Positions 49,633 through 60,268 are shown, counted from the stretch's first letter. The stretch is 64,000 nt of DNA from an uncultured delta proteobacterium (GCA_963711835.1 CAVQFQ010000017.1:192001-256000), one strand, 5' to 3'. A program made the numbers and translations. Notes: a model not told the origin generated them from the sequence alone.

Positions 49633-50427
49633 TTAAAGGATATGGATCTCCTTCAGACGGTCCACCAACTGTTCGGCTATTTCCCGGGTGCTGCCGCTCA
49701 GGGTTTCCCCGTCCTTTTTCCTTTCCGGGGGAAAGGTCCGCACCACCTGGGTCAGGGAACCGGTCAATCCGACCTCATAGGCCTTTACCCCCAGATCAAC
49801 CGGGTTCCAGATGTGTATTTTGGAATTAGGGGAACAGGCTTGGATGATCCCGGGGATGCTCGGATAACGCGGTTGGTTTAAATCCCGAAGCACGGTGACC
49901 AGGGCCGGCAAGGGGGCCTCGATCTTTTCATAGCCGTCCTCCATAACCCGCTCGGCCAGGATCTTTTTCCCGGTCAGGGTCAGGGAACGGACATAAGTAA
50001 TTTGAGGAATACCCAGCATCTCAGCCACCTGGGGTCCGATCTGGGCCGTGTCTCCGTCAATGGCTTGGCGTCCGCAGAGAATCAGGTCATAGCGGCCTAT
50101 TTTTTGGATGCACTTTCCCAGGGTATGGGAGGTGGCCCAGGTGTCGGCCCCGGCAAAGGTCCGGTCGGACAGGAGGACGGCTTCGTCCACTCCCATGGCC
50201 AGGGCCTCGGCTAAGGCTTCCACAGCCTGAGGCGGCCCCATGGAAATGGCCGTTACTTTCCCTCCATAGCGCTCTTTCAGGCTTAGGGCGGCTTCCAGGG
50301 CATGGAGATCGTCGGGGTTGATAATGGTTTGAATCCCTTCCCGGATGAGGGTGCCGGTCTTAGGATCTATTTTTACTTCCTGGGTATCCGGGACCTGTTT
50401 TACTAAGACGATGATGTCCATGGGCAT
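49633..50427 (-). CDS. etfB: Electron transfer flavoprotein beta
   Basis: KQVPDT, SMGPPQA, AGADTWATS and GRQAIDGDTAQIG. Confidence 0.95.
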   Translation of the reverse strand: MPMDIIVLVKQVPDTQEVKIDPKTGTLIREGIQTIINPDDLHALEAALSLKERYGGKVTAISMGPPQAVEALAEALAMGVDEAVLLSDRTFAGADTWATSHTLGKCIQKIGRYDLILCGRQAIDGDTAQIGPQVAEMLGIPQITYVRSLTLTGKKILAERVMEDGYEKIEAPLPALVTVLRDLNQPRYPSIPGIIQACSPNSKIHIWNPVDLGVKAYEVGLTGSLTQVVRTFPPERKKDGETLSGSTREIAEQLVDRLKEIHIL

Positions 50428-50456
50428 GCTCCTGTTTTAGGTCATAAGGCCGGAGA

Positions 50457-50741
50457 TTACTTTTTGTATTTTTCGTGACAGGTTTTTTTAAGGGCCCTTA
50501 TATCATCCATCAGGGTGAAAATATGAGGGTTGTCCCCGGTGGTGATCTTTTTTCCCAACTGCTCCGTCAGCTCCAAAAATGATTTCAGGCCGTCCGCGGG
50601 GATCTTTTTTGTTTCCCGGCAAAAATCGTGACACGCCTTTTCAAAGACAGGAAAAATTTCTTCCGGGGTTCCCCTTCCCTTTTCCAGGGCCACCTTCAGA
50701 TCGGAAAAACTTTGGGACATCTTTTTCTTGGATTCCAGCAT
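50457..50741 (-). CDS. XXXCH-domain protein (GAK-system type)
   Basis: KKKMSQSF N-terminus and KKTCHEKYK C-terminus. Confidence 0.65.
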   Translation of the reverse strand: MLESKKKMSQSFSDLKVALEKGRGTPEEIFPVFEKACHDFCRETKKIPADGLKSFLELTEQLGKKITTGDNPHIFTLMDDIRALKKTCHEKYKK

Positions 50742-50971
50742 AAGCGCTTCTCCGTTCCCCTTTTTCCCCTCTATTACCATAATATGCCGGTCCTGAAAAT
50801 ATTTAAATTGAAATTCCGGACGGAGAATCCTTCCCATTAATCAAATCCCAGGCCCGATCGGCGCAATAGCCTGGGTTGAATTTACCTCTTTCCGGCAGGC
50901 AGAAATCTCTTGCTATCTATTGGTGATTTATTACAATAGTGTCTATTACGTCTTGAAAGGAGTGAAGGGCA

Positions 50972-51532
50972 ATGGGTAAAAAAATCGATTTCTTTACCGC
51001 CTTGTATCATGTGGCCCGGGTGGTTAATGCCTCGCTGGATTTATCCCAGGTTTTACAGGAAGTCGTCCGCTCGGCAACGGAAACCATGCAGGTAAAAGCC
51101 AGTTCCTTGCGCCTCTTGGATCCCCGAAAGAAAAAATTAGTCTTGGCTGCCACCCAGGGACTCACTGCCGGCTATATCCGCAAGGGACCGGTCCTGGTTG
51201 AAAAAAGCGGTCTGGACCGGAAGGCCCTTAAAGGACAGACCATTTGGCTTCCCGATGCCCAGATCGATAAAAATTTTCAATACGGACAAAGGGCCAAGGA
51301 GGAGGGGATAAAATCGGTTCTGGTGGTTCCCCTGGGTGTCGGGAAGAAGATTATCGGGGTGATGCGGGTCTATACCGATAAGATTCGCGAGTTCACGAAA
51401 CAAGAGGTCCAATTTTTGGAAGCGGTGGCCAATTTAAGCGCCATAGCCATTGAAAATGCCCGTCTCCATGAGAATTTAAAAACCGAATGCGATCTCTTAA
51501 CCGCCCACAAATATCGCCTGGATGATAATTGA
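50972..51532 (+). CDS. Stand-alone GAF-domain protein
   Basis: [24 protein letters not shown] and AIAIENARL. Confidence 0.85.
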   Translation: MGKKIDFFTALYHVARVVNASLDLSQVLQEVVRSATETMQVKASSLRLLDPRKKKLVLAATQGLTAGYIRKGPVLVEKSGLDRKALKGQTIWLPDAQIDKNFQYGQRAKEEGIKSVLVVPLGVGKKIIGVMRVYTDKIREFTKQEVQFLEAVANLSAIAIENARLHENLKTECDLLTAHKYRLDDN

Positions 51533-51545
51533 TAAGGAGGAAGCT

Positions 51546-52556
51546 ATGGTACGCCTTGGAATAAACGGATTCGGTCGGATCGGCAGGCAGGTCTTAAAAG
51601 CTACCCTGGAAAAATATCCCGACGTGATGCAGGTGGTGGCCATCAACGACCTTTTTGATACGGAAACCAATGCCCACCTTTTTAAATATGACACCAATTA
51701 CGGCCGTTTTCAGGGGAAAGTGGCCGTCGAAAAAGACCGCTTTTTTATCAACGATCAGCCGGTTAAAAGCTTTGCCTTTAAGGACCCGGCCACCATCCCC
51801 TGGGATGACGAGGGCGTTGAGATCGTAATTGAAAGTACCGGCCTCTTTACCACCGGCCCCAAGGCTGCGGCTCATCTGGAAGCCGGGGCCAAGAAGGTCA
51901 TCATTTCCGCTCCGGCCAAGGAAGTGGATTTGACGGTCGTGATGGGAGTCAATCAGGAGGCTTATAATCCTCAAAAGCACCGGATTGTCTCCAACGCCTC
52001 CTGCACCACCAACTGCCTGGCCCCGCCGGCCTTTGTGGTTCATCAGGCCTTCGGGATTGAAAAAGGCATGATGGTGACCGTCCACTCCTATACTAATGAC
52101 CAGCGTATCCTGGATTTACCCCATAAGGATCTTCGACGCGCCCGGGCCGCAGGCCAGAATATCATTCCCACAACCACCGGGGCGGCCAAGGCCCTGGCCT
52201 TAATCATTCCCGAGCTGGCCGGTCGGGTCGACGGCTATTCTCTGCGCGTGCCCACCCCGACGGTCTCGGTGGTGGATTTTACCGTTCAACTGAAAAAAGA
52301 AACGCAGACTGAGGAATTTCGGGAGGTCCTGAAGAAGGCCGCCCAGACCCGCTTGCAGGGGATCATGGCCTGTGAAGAGGAAAGACTGGTTTCCATGGAC
52401 TTCAAGGGTGATGAGCACTCCTCTATTGTGGACCTGGAATTTACCCAGGTCTTAAAAGGCACCATGGCCAAGGTGGTAGCCTGGTATGACAACGAATGGG
52501 GCTACTCCTGCCGGGTGGCCGATTTGGCCCGTTATATGGTGGAGAAAGGGCTGTAG
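51546..52556 (+). CDS. gap: Glyceraldehyde-3-phosphate dehydrogenase, type I
   Basis: [27 protein letters not shown]; AGGAGG RBS. Confidence 0.97.
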   Translation: MVRLGINGFGRIGRQVLKATLEKYPDVMQVVAINDLFDTETNAHLFKYDTNYGRFQGKVAVEKDRFFINDQPVKSFAFKDPATIPWDDEGVEIVIESTGLFTTGPKAAAHLEAGAKKVIISAPAKEVDLTVVMGVNQEAYNPQKHRIVSNASCTTNCLAPPAFVVHQAFGIEKGMMVTVHSYTNDQRILDLPHKDLRRARAAGQNIIPTTTGAAKALALIIPELAGRVDGYSLRVPTPTVSVVDFTVQLKKETQTEEFREVLKKAAQTRLQGIMACEEERLVSMDFKGDEHSSIVDLEFTQVLKGTMAKVVAWYDNEWGYSCRVADLARYMVEKGL

Positions 52557-52598
52557 GGCGTTAGCCACAGAACCACACGGACAAAGGCGGACGATAGA

Positions 52599-52655
52599 TT
52601 TTGCCTGTTCGACCCCGTATTAATACCTACGGGGCAGGCTAATGAACAGGCAAAA
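52599..52655. repeat. Nested hairpin in the gap / flavoprotein convergent gap
   Basis: TTTTGCCTGTTC..GAACAGGCAAAA enclosing CCCCGTA..TACGGGG. Confidence 0.55.
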
Positions 52656-52706
52656 CAAGCCAATGCTTCGCGAGGAAAAGTTTATATGCGCCAAAGGCGC
52701 TGACGG

Positions 52707-54332
52707 TTAGGGTGTCGTAAGGGGTTCAAAACGAACCACCTCCGGCAGGCCGTTTTCCATCCTGACATACAGGTGCCCCAGCCAATCTGGATTTTCCCGG
52801 GGAAAATCGCTGCGGAAGTGGGCCCCCCGGCTTTCGGTCCTTTTCAAAGCCGCTGCGGCAATGGCTCTGCCGATGAGTAAGGCGTTCCTATCCTCCCAAA
52901 CATACGGGAAGACCTTTGGATTATCTAAGTTGAATTGCTGGTGAGTTTCCCTGAGCCGATCCAGAGAGGCAATCGCCGCCTCCAGGCCCGCAGTCTCCCG
53001 GATGATGCCCACCTGTTCCCAGAGAATCCGCGCCACTTCCCGGCGTAAAGGGCCATAAGACTGCGGGGCATTCTTTTTGTCTTGGAACACGTTAATTCGT
53101 CCTTTAATCCATTCTTTTATTAGTGAATCAAGACCGGATGAAGGGGCCGGCGAAGGAGCCGGCGATTGGGAATAACGGGCAGCCTCCCGGCCGGCCAAGG
53201 CCCCAAAAACCAGAGCTTCGGACAGGGCATTGCCTCCCATGCGGTTGGCTCCGTGGATGCCGCCTACGCATTCACCGGCCGCATAAAGGCCCTGAATGGC
53301 CGTTGCGCCGCTGCTGTCGATAGGGAGACCGCCCATAGTATGGTGGCAGGCCGGCGTGATTTTTATCGGTGTCTGGTCGAAGCCGATTTTTTTCCTGTAA
53401 AAATCAAGGAGAGTAGGGGTTAAAGGAAAATCCGTGTCTTTAACCTGGCGGAGGTCCAGAAGCAGGGCCCCCTGGATCGAGTTGCCCAAAAGGATTTCAC
53501 GGAAAAGGGCCTGGGAAAGGCGATCCCGAGCCACAATGGCCAGGGGCCTTTCATGGAGCTGATATTTTTCCTTGAGATCCTCTCCGAGGCGGTTAGTCAA
53601 CCGTCCTAAATCAGCAAAAGAGGTCGGCAGGATCATTCGGGCCTTGGGAGATCCGGCATAGACCAATGGATAAAATTGAACAAACTCCAGGTCCAAGAGT
53701 TCCAGACCTGCCTCCAGGGCCAGGGCATAACCGTCTCCGGTAGCTCCGGGGGCATTGTCCTGTATGGCATAGAGGGCGCCGGCCCCGCCGGTGGCCAATA
53801 TAACCGCCTGGGCCTGGATCCCCAAAAGGTCCCCCCCCTCTTTTTGAAAACCGATAGCGCCCTGGCAAGTCCCATCCCGGACCACTAAATCCGTAATAAA
53901 AGTTTTTTCTAAAAGATGGATCTGGTCGTCCCGACAAGCCCGTTTCAGGGTAGAAATTATTTCCGGACCGCCGGCAGGGCCCTCCAGCCAGCAGGTGACC
54001 CCTGACTTGGCCCAGGATCCCTTTAGACCCAGGGCTAACAGATCCTTTATCCGCAACGGAGCCTGGGAGATAAATAGCCGCACCAAGTCCCGGTTGTTCA
54101 GGGATCGACCGCTTTTAATCGTTTCCTGGAAATGTTTTTCTTCCGGAAATGAATCCGTCGCCAAGGAAAAAAACCCCCCGGCCAGATAGGTGTTACTGGC
54201 CTTTCCGATGGCCGATTTGGAAACCAGCAGGACTTTCTGCCCGCTCCGGGCCGCCTCAGCGGCGGCGCATAAACCGGCGATGCCGCTGCCGACAACCAGG
54301 ACATCCGCTTTAATAGTCTGAAAAGGGATCAT
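52707..54332 (-). CDS. SdhA/FrdA/NadB-family flavoprotein (orphan, no covalent-FAD His)
   Basis: GSGIAG, LATGG, EFVQFYP, HHTMGG, HGANRMGGNAL and ESRGAHFR. Confidence 0.9.
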   Translation of the reverse strand: MIPFQTIKADVLVVGSGIAGLCAAAEAARSGQKVLLVSKSAIGKASNTYLAGGFFSLATDSFPEEKHFQETIKSGRSLNNRDLVRLFISQAPLRIKDLLALGLKGSWAKSGVTCWLEGPAGGPEIISTLKRACRDDQIHLLEKTFITDLVVRDGTCQGAIGFQKEGGDLLGIQAQAVILATGGAGALYAIQDNAPGATGDGYALALEAGLELLDLEFVQFYPLVYAGSPKARMILPTSFADLGRLTNRLGEDLKEKYQLHERPLAIVARDRLSQALFREILLGNSIQGALLLDLRQVKDTDFPLTPTLLDFYRKKIGFDQTPIKITPACHHTMGGLPIDSSGATAIQGLYAAGECVGGIHGANRMGGNALSEALVFGALAGREAARYSQSPAPSPAPSSGLDSLIKEWIKGRINVFQDKKNAPQSYGPLRREVARILWEQVGIIRETAGLEAAIASLDRLRETHQQFNLDNPKVFPYVWEDRNALLIGRAIAAAALKRTESRGAHFRSDFPRENPDWLGHLYVRMENGLPEVVRFEPLTTP

Positions 54333-54535
54333 AGGTTTTTTCTTTACCGATCTTGGAATTTATTTGTGTTTTATACGATAACTATCCCATATTTCTTGCA
54401 GTTTTTGAACAAAAAAGATAAACTTTGAGGCTAAGGGAAAAGAAAGTGACCTCCGTTAAAAAGTAAATAACTTCCGAGACAGAATCCATATCAGGAATAA
54501 AGGGGCTGCCATGATAGCCTATTGGGGAGGGGACC

Positions 54536-54949
54536 ATGATCACCTTCAGTGAAATCCATGATGCCTTTCTGTTTGTGAGTTCGGCCGGGTATGGCCAAAA
54601 CTCGGCCTTTCTCTGCCCGGATACCGGCCGGATATTTTTTCAGTCAGACCTAGGCGGGATTGATGAAATCAAGGATGAGGGTGTTGAACTGGAGGATTGC
54701 CTGGAGATTCCCCATAATAACGATCTGGATTTAGGGCAGCAACTGGTTTTTGAGTTTGTAGATAGGCCATTGCCGGAGGACAGTGACCGTGTCCGATTGA
54801 TTTTCAGAAAAAGCGGAGCCTACAGCCGGTTCAAGGATCTCCTGGAAAGCAAAGGCCTTTTGGAGATGTGGTATGATTTTGAAGGTCAACGGGAGGAGCA
54901 GGCGCTTCGGGAATGGTGCCTTGAAAAGGAGATCACCTTTTCCGGCTGA
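54536..54949 (+). CDS. UPF0158-family protein
   Basis: TGRIF..IPH.NDLDLG..GAYSRFKDLL..W..FE..LREWC. Confidence 0.8.
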   Translation: MITFSEIHDAFLFVSSAGYGQNSAFLCPDTGRIFFQSDLGGIDEIKDEGVELEDCLEIPHNNDLDLGQQLVFEFVDRPLPEDSDRVRLIFRKSGAYSRFKDLLESKGLLEMWYDFEGQREEQALREWCLEKEITFSG

Positions 54950-54980
54950 TAACTAACGAATACATGGGGACATTATTAGG

Positions 54981-55088
54981 ATGTCCTCCCGCAACTATGT
55001 CCTTTCCTCCGGCAAGATCATCGCCGAAGGCACCGCTTCCCGACTTCTCGAGGACGAGGTCCTGCGCAAAACCTACTTCGGCCTATAA
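54981..55088 (+). pseudogene. 3' remnant of a LivF-type ABC ATPase
   Basis: SSRNYVLSSGKIIAEGTASRLLEDEVLRKTYFGL*. Confidence 0.7.
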
Positions 55089-55091
55089 GAA

Positions 55092-55136
55092 AATAAAAAA
55101 CCCTCTCTTTTTTTGCGAAAGAGAGGGTTTTTTATT
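55092..55136. terminator. Bidirectional intrinsic terminator
   Basis: AATAAAAAACCCTCTCTTT-loop-AAAGAGAGGGTTTTTTATT. Confidence 0.85.
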
Positions 55137-55144
55137 CGTAGCTA

Positions 55145-55840
55145 CTAAAAAGTCAACTGGTCAACCTTCATACCCGCACGTCTCAATCGTTCACTATCTC
55201 TTTTCAGACGCTTGCTGGCCACAGCCTTTATTTCTTCCTGGTATCCCTTGGTATCATCGTAGGACCCAACGCCGTACAGTTTTTCTATGGTTGTCCGGCC
55301 TTCTTTCGTTGTAAAGGAAAAACTGGCCATGCAGGCAAATCCTTTCTTTTCAAGACCTTCCTGCTTTAACGCCAGATCCGGATATTTGAGGGTCACATCA
55401 GCTTTAACCGAGACCCCGGCGAGGGAGAGGTGAATAAAGTCCTGAAGCCTTACCGCCGGCTTTTTAAGCGAGGCATCCCCCGAAAGACCTATGAAAGAAT
55501 TTGCGAGGGTAAAGAAATCTTCCTTTACGTTAATACCGGACTCTTTTAGCCTGTCGTAGTCCATCTGCAATCGGTTATTGGCAATTAGAAGACATTCCAG
55601 GGCGTAATCCACCTCGTCCTCAGTGAAGGAATAATTCTTCTTGAATTCAAATGGGTGGCCATCAACCGTGCCGGAATATTCTACCGATAATATAATGGTA
55701 TCAGCGGGCTGGCCTTCTCGTTCTATTTTGATAACCTCCCGCACAAATTTCGTATTCAAAACCACCTTTTTCCCTGAAGCGGCCTCGTCAATCAATACGG
55801 CCAACATGTTTACCTTTTGAGCCGGGGTGCTTGCCATCAT
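55145..55840 (-). CDS. Hypothetical protein with two internally homologous halves
   Basis: K.Y..ANNRLQMDYDRLKESGINV versus K.Y..ASKRLKRDSERLRRAGMKV. Confidence 0.7.
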   Translation of the reverse strand: MMASTPAQKVNMLAVLIDEAASGKKVVLNTKFVREVIKIEREGQPADTIILSVEYSGTVDGHPFEFKKNYSFTEDEVDYALECLLIANNRLQMDYDRLKESGINVKEDFFTLANSFIGLSGDASLKKPAVRLQDFIHLSLAGVSVKADVTLKYPDLALKQEGLEKKGFACMASFSFTTKEGRTTIEKLYGVGSYDDTKGYQEEIKAVASKRLKRDSERLRRAGMKVDQLTF

Positions 55841-56085
55841 GCCTTCTCCTTTCGGTTAGTGTTTTTCGAACCTATTCAAAACCACTGATTGCGGTTCCAG
55901 GTTTCGTTGTCCTCCCAAGGGATTTGAGCCGGGAATCCTCAGGTAAGGATTCGAGGGTAAAGGGGATACTCGATCCCCGTATAAAGGACTCTTTATCACA
56001 AATAGCGCCAGGATAACAACTGCAAATGACGGTTCGGGAAAAGACTTGGCTTGCTGTAGTTTAACTTACTGAAAATATTTTTAAT

Positions 56086-58092
56086 TTACAACTGATTCCT
56101 GACAATCTCGGCGATATCAAAGATCTTGGCCTTGTCTTCTGCGTCTAAAAATTTGAGCCCATCTTGAAAATGGATCATACAAAAAGGGCAGGCCGTCACA
56201 ATGTAATCCGGATTCTTAGCCAGGGCCTGTTCAGTGCGCATGGCAAAGACCCTTCGCCCCCTTACCTTTTCCATCCACATTCTTCCCCCTCCTGCGCCAC
56301 AACAGAAGGCATATCGTCTGTTTCGGTCCATTTCTATTATCTTGGTCTTGGGGATGGACGCAAGAATTTGGCGGGGGGCGTCATAAATACTATTGTATCG
56401 TCCCAGAAAACAGGAATCATGATAGGTAACCGTCTTGGCCAGTTCTCCCTTTAAAGTAATCTTTCCTTCCTGAATGAGTTGCCAGATAAACTCAGTATGA
56501 TGCATGACCTCAAATTCTCCCCCAAACTGAGGGTACTCATTTTTTATGGTATTATACCCATGGGGACAGGCAACTAATATCTTTTTGATATTATGCTTAT
56601 AAAAAGTCGAAATATTCTGCTCGGCCATGGTCTGGTAGAGGTATTCATTGCCTATTCGTCGCGCGGAATCTCCGCAACATCCCTCTTCCCTTCCCAGGAT
56701 GCCGAAATTGATACCGGCCGCCTGAAGTATCTTGACGATAGAGGCGGCTATTTTCTGATTGCGATCGTCAAAGGAGGCAGCGCAGCCCAGAAAAAAGAGT
56801 AGGTCCACCTCGCCTCCGTCCTCGGAAAGGTTCCTGATGCCCAGGTCCTTGGCCCAGTCTCCACGGGTGGAACTGCCGATGCCCCAGGGATTATTATTTC
56901 TTTCCATACCCCGGAAGGTCGCCTTTACCTCTGAAGGGAAATTGCATTCCATTAAGACCAGGTAACGGCGCATATCAATGATCTTATCGACATGCTGAAT
57001 GTCTACCGGACAGACTTCCATACAAGCCCGGCAGTTGGTGCAGTCCCAGAGCACGTCTTCGGTGATCAATTCTTTGATCATGGCGTCATCGATTTCTTCT
57101 TTTTTTTCAGCTCCTTTTTTGTCCAGGAGATCCTTTCCGTGGGTCAGAAGGGTTTTCTTGAGGGACAGGATAACCTCTTTGGGGTTAAGGGCCTTCTCGC
57201 TGAGGGTCGCCGGGCAGTTTGCGGTACACTGTCCGCACTCCGTACAGGCGTAAAGGTCAAGGAGGTGTTTCCAGGTGAAATCGGTAATTTTGGGAGTGCC
57301 GAAGCTCTCAGCCTCCTCCATGCCGACAACGGGCTGCAGCGCCCCTTTGGGTTCGAGGGAATGGAAATAGAGATTGAAAGGGGCGGCTAAGATATGGAGG
57401 TGCTTGGAATAAAGGATGTAGATGCCAAAGGCAAAGATAAGGACAATATGCAGGAACCAAAAGACCAGGAACAAGGCTCGGGCATTTTGCTCCAAACCCA
57501 GGCTGCTGAACAGGTTGGAAAAGGCCATGCCGACAAAGGCCCAGTCGGCAAAAGGCCGGTCTTCAGCCAACAACCGAAACCCCTCAACGGAGAAGCCGAC
57601 AATCATGAGCAAAAAGATTCCGGTCAGGATAATCGCCGGCCCTTTCCCGGTAATGGGCTGCAAGCGAAAAGGCCGGATCAGGTAGCGTCGAATGGCCGCC
57701 CATATTAAGGCGAAGATAACGAGCAGTCCGGCACTATCAAGCAGTAAGAAAAAGATATTATTAAAAACCTCTCCGAAAAGCGCCGGCGATAATTTCTCGT
57801 AGAATCCCTCTGCAATATGAAAACCATAGCTGATGACAAAAAGGGAAAACCCGTAGAATATGAGCATATGGCCCACTCCGGCCAGGTCGTTTTTTTTGAC
57901 ATTTTTTAAGACACAGCGCTGGAGTAGCATCTGGCCTAAGGCAAATTTCAGCCTCTGCCCGGGCCGGTCGAAGCGGTTCTCAGCCTTTCCCAATTTGAGG
58001 AGGCTGATAAGATAATTGGCTCTCTGGGTGAAGAAATAGACAACGGCAATCATCAACACTAACAGTAGAATTTTACCTTCTAGTGGCAACAT
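56086..58092 (-). CDS. Membrane Fe-S oxidoreductase (TM cytochrome-b-like + 4Fe-4S + 2 CCG; FadF/EMO type)
   Basis: CTECGQCTANCP, CTNCRACMEVCP, GCCGD, YHDSCFLGR, FCCGAGGG and ACPFC. Confidence 0.9.
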   Translation of the reverse strand: MLPLEGKILLLVLMIAVVYFFTQRANYLISLLKLGKAENRFDRPGQRLKFALGQMLLQRCVLKNVKKNDLAGVGHMLIFYGFSLFVISYGFHIAEGFYEKLSPALFGEVFNNIFFLLLDSAGLLVIFALIWAAIRRYLIRPFRLQPITGKGPAIILTGIFLLMIVGFSVEGFRLLAEDRPFADWAFVGMAFSNLFSSLGLEQNARALFLVFWFLHIVLIFAFGIYILYSKHLHILAAPFNLYFHSLEPKGALQPVVGMEEAESFGTPKITDFTWKHLLDLYACTECGQCTANCPATLSEKALNPKEVILSLKKTLLTHGKDLLDKKGAEKKEEIDDAMIKELITEDVLWDCTNCRACMEVCPVDIQHVDKIIDMRRYLVLMECNFPSEVKATFRGMERNNNPWGIGSSTRGDWAKDLGIRNLSEDGGEVDLLFFLGCAASFDDRNQKIAASIVKILQAAGINFGILGREEGCCGDSARRIGNEYLYQTMAEQNISTFYKHNIKKILVACPHGYNTIKNEYPQFGGEFEVMHHTEFIWQLIQEGKITLKGELAKTVTYHDSCFLGRYNSIYDAPRQILASIPKTKIIEMDRNRRYAFCCGAGGGRMWMEKVRGRRVFAMRTEQALAKNPDYIVTACPFCMIHFQDGLKFLDAEDKAKIFDIAEIVRNQL

Positions 58093-58325
58093 GAGACCGT
58101 CCTTTTTTGTGAATGTGAAATTTATAACATGAGTCGATTATAGTTTGAAGAAGGAATGGAAATCAAGAAGAAAAAAATAAATTATCTTATAAGGATAAGG
58201 TCAGGCCCGGCTGAGGTATTAATGATTTATGCCCCGGGTCTGATCCATGGCCTCTCATTGGCGTCACGTCCTTAATCTCGCTATTTCCAATGAAAAATGA
58301 TAGGGAGCAACAAGGTCTAAACCAG

Positions 58326-58593
58326 TAGTATCGTTCAAAAGTTGTGGCACTGGCGCATTATTGCCTGACTGGGGACCGGGGGTCTCGATTTCAAGGCTTG
58401 TCCAAAGGGGGATCCTTCCCGCCAATCCGGCCCAGATTTCTAGGGTTGGTTTAGAGCCGGGCATTCACCCAACCGGACAAACAGCTTTGGTGAAGGCCTG
58501 CTTAAGGCATTATCGTCACTCTTCCAGTCCCGCTAAAAGCGGGATTTCAAGGTGAGGAGTTTATGGTGGACAACCTTGAAATCAAGACCCCCG
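58326..58593 (+). mobile_element. Right-truncated copy of the MITE-like nested-hairpin element
   Basis: Highly similar to 26598-26865; ends within the right inner IR. Confidence 0.85.
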
Positions 58594-59011
58594 TCATTAA
58601 TCCGGCGCCAACACTCCATTTGCTCAGAGATATAAATCACCCATCCTATACCCAACTACCGGTTGTTCAATCACGATGAAGTTTAAAAGGATCAAAGGGC
58701 GTCTGTTTTCCGGGCAGCTATCCGGTTTGGATGGTAAATAGAAAGGTATGAATCGTCCTCAGCGTATTGAAAAAACGGGCGGCCTAGAGGCAACTAAAAT
58801 AGACCCCCTTTTTTTTATTCAACAATATAACCTATTAATTTATTAATATAATTTTAATATATCCCCGAATAACCACTATCCCACCTTTGAGATTTACCAA
58901 GGATATCAGAAGATTTTGTGATGGATTTCCCTTGACACCTATAGGGCGGTTTCCTGTATATTTCCCTCAAAACAGTTTCTCCTAAACCCAATCTCAAACA
59001 AGGAGGTCGTA

Positions 59012-60205
59012 ATGTTCGAGAAAGTATTTATCCCCCATAAGGGCTATTGGTCTTCGCCGTTTTCCCGCTGGCAGATGTCCTTTCAAAACATCCATCCCAT
59101 CGAGCTGGCGGCCCAGACCGCCCGAAAGTTCTTTGAGCTGCGAGGATACTCGCCGGACCTGTTTGACGGCTGCGTCCTGGGTATGACGATCGGACAACCT
59201 GCCTGGTTCTATGCCAATCCCTGGTTTTGCGGTCTGTTAGGCAATGACAAAATCAGCGGGCCGACCATCAGCCAGGCTTGTGCCACCAGTGCCACAGCCA
59301 TTTGGACTGGCGGTCTGTGGGTGGAAACGGGTTCTCATAAGAATGTCCTGGTGGCGACCATGGACCGCTGTTCCAATGGTCCTCACACGATCTGGCCCAA
59401 TCCTAACGGACCGGGAGGTGAGGTGATCAGTGAGAATTGGAATATGGACAATTTCAACCGCGACCCCTATGCGGGAGAAGCTATGGTCAAGACATCCGAA
59501 AATGTGGCCGTGATGTTCGGCGGAATTACCAAGGAAGATTCGGACGCCATGGCCGTTCGGCGTTATGAACAGTACCTGATGGGCCTGGCCAACGACCGGG
59601 AATTCCAAAAGGGGTATATGATTCCGGTGGAAACTCGACTTTCCAAGAAGAAAACACTTTTGGTCGAAACGGATGAAGGTATCACGCCCTGTACCCCGGA
59701 AGGTCTGGCACCGCTCAAACCGGTTATTGCCGGGGGGTGCATCTCCTTTGGGGCCCAAACCCACCCGGCTGACGGCAATGCCGGTTTGATCGTGACCACC
59801 AAGGAAAAGGCCAAGGAGTTGAGTCAAAATAAAGAGGTAACTATCCAACTCGTCAGCTACGGCTTTGCCCGGGCCAAGAAGGCCCACATGGCGGCTGCGG
59901 TCACCCCGGCAGCTGAAATGGCTTTAAAGAAGGCCGGGATTGAAGTAAAGGACCTGAAGGCCGTTAAAACCCATAATCCCTTTACAGTCAATGATATCGT
60001 TATGGGAAAATTAATGAAGATTCCCGAAGAGATATTTAATAATTACGGAAGTTCTCTTGTTTTCGGCCATCCCCAGGGCCCGACCGGTACCCGTTGCACA
60101 GTGGAACTGATTGAGGAGCTGGTAAAAATCGGCGGTGGGTATGGATTATTTGGAGGCTGTGCCGCCGGAGATACAGGAGCTGCTTTGGTTTTAAAAGTAT
60201 ATTAG
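59012..60205 (+). CDS. Thiolase-family protein
   Basis: QACATS nucleophile, HNPF loop variant, GHPQGPTG and GCAAG. Confidence 0.9.
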   Translation: MFEKVFIPHKGYWSSPFSRWQMSFQNIHPIELAAQTARKFFELRGYSPDLFDGCVLGMTIGQPAWFYANPWFCGLLGNDKISGPTISQACATSATAIWTGGLWVETGSHKNVLVATMDRCSNGPHTIWPNPNGPGGEVISENWNMDNFNRDPYAGEAMVKTSENVAVMFGGITKEDSDAMAVRRYEQYLMGLANDREFQKGYMIPVETRLSKKKTLLVETDEGITPCTPEGLAPLKPVIAGGCISFGAQTHPADGNAGLIVTTKEKAKELSQNKEVTIQLVSYGFARAKKAHMAAAVTPAAEMALKKAGIEVKDLKAVKTHNPFTVNDIVMGKLMKIPEEIFNNYGSSLVFGHPQGPTGTRCTVELIEELVKIGGGYGLFGGCAAGDTGAALVLKVY

Positions 60206-60223
60206 AAGGGTCTCGGCTGACTC

Positions 60224-60258
60224 AAACCCCCTTCTCTTTGCCGGGAGGGGGTTTTTTT
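60224..60258 (+). terminator. Intrinsic terminator
   Basis: AAACCCCCTTC..GGGAGGGGGTTTTTTT. Confidence 0.75.
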
Positions 60259-60268
60259 CCGTTCAGGA

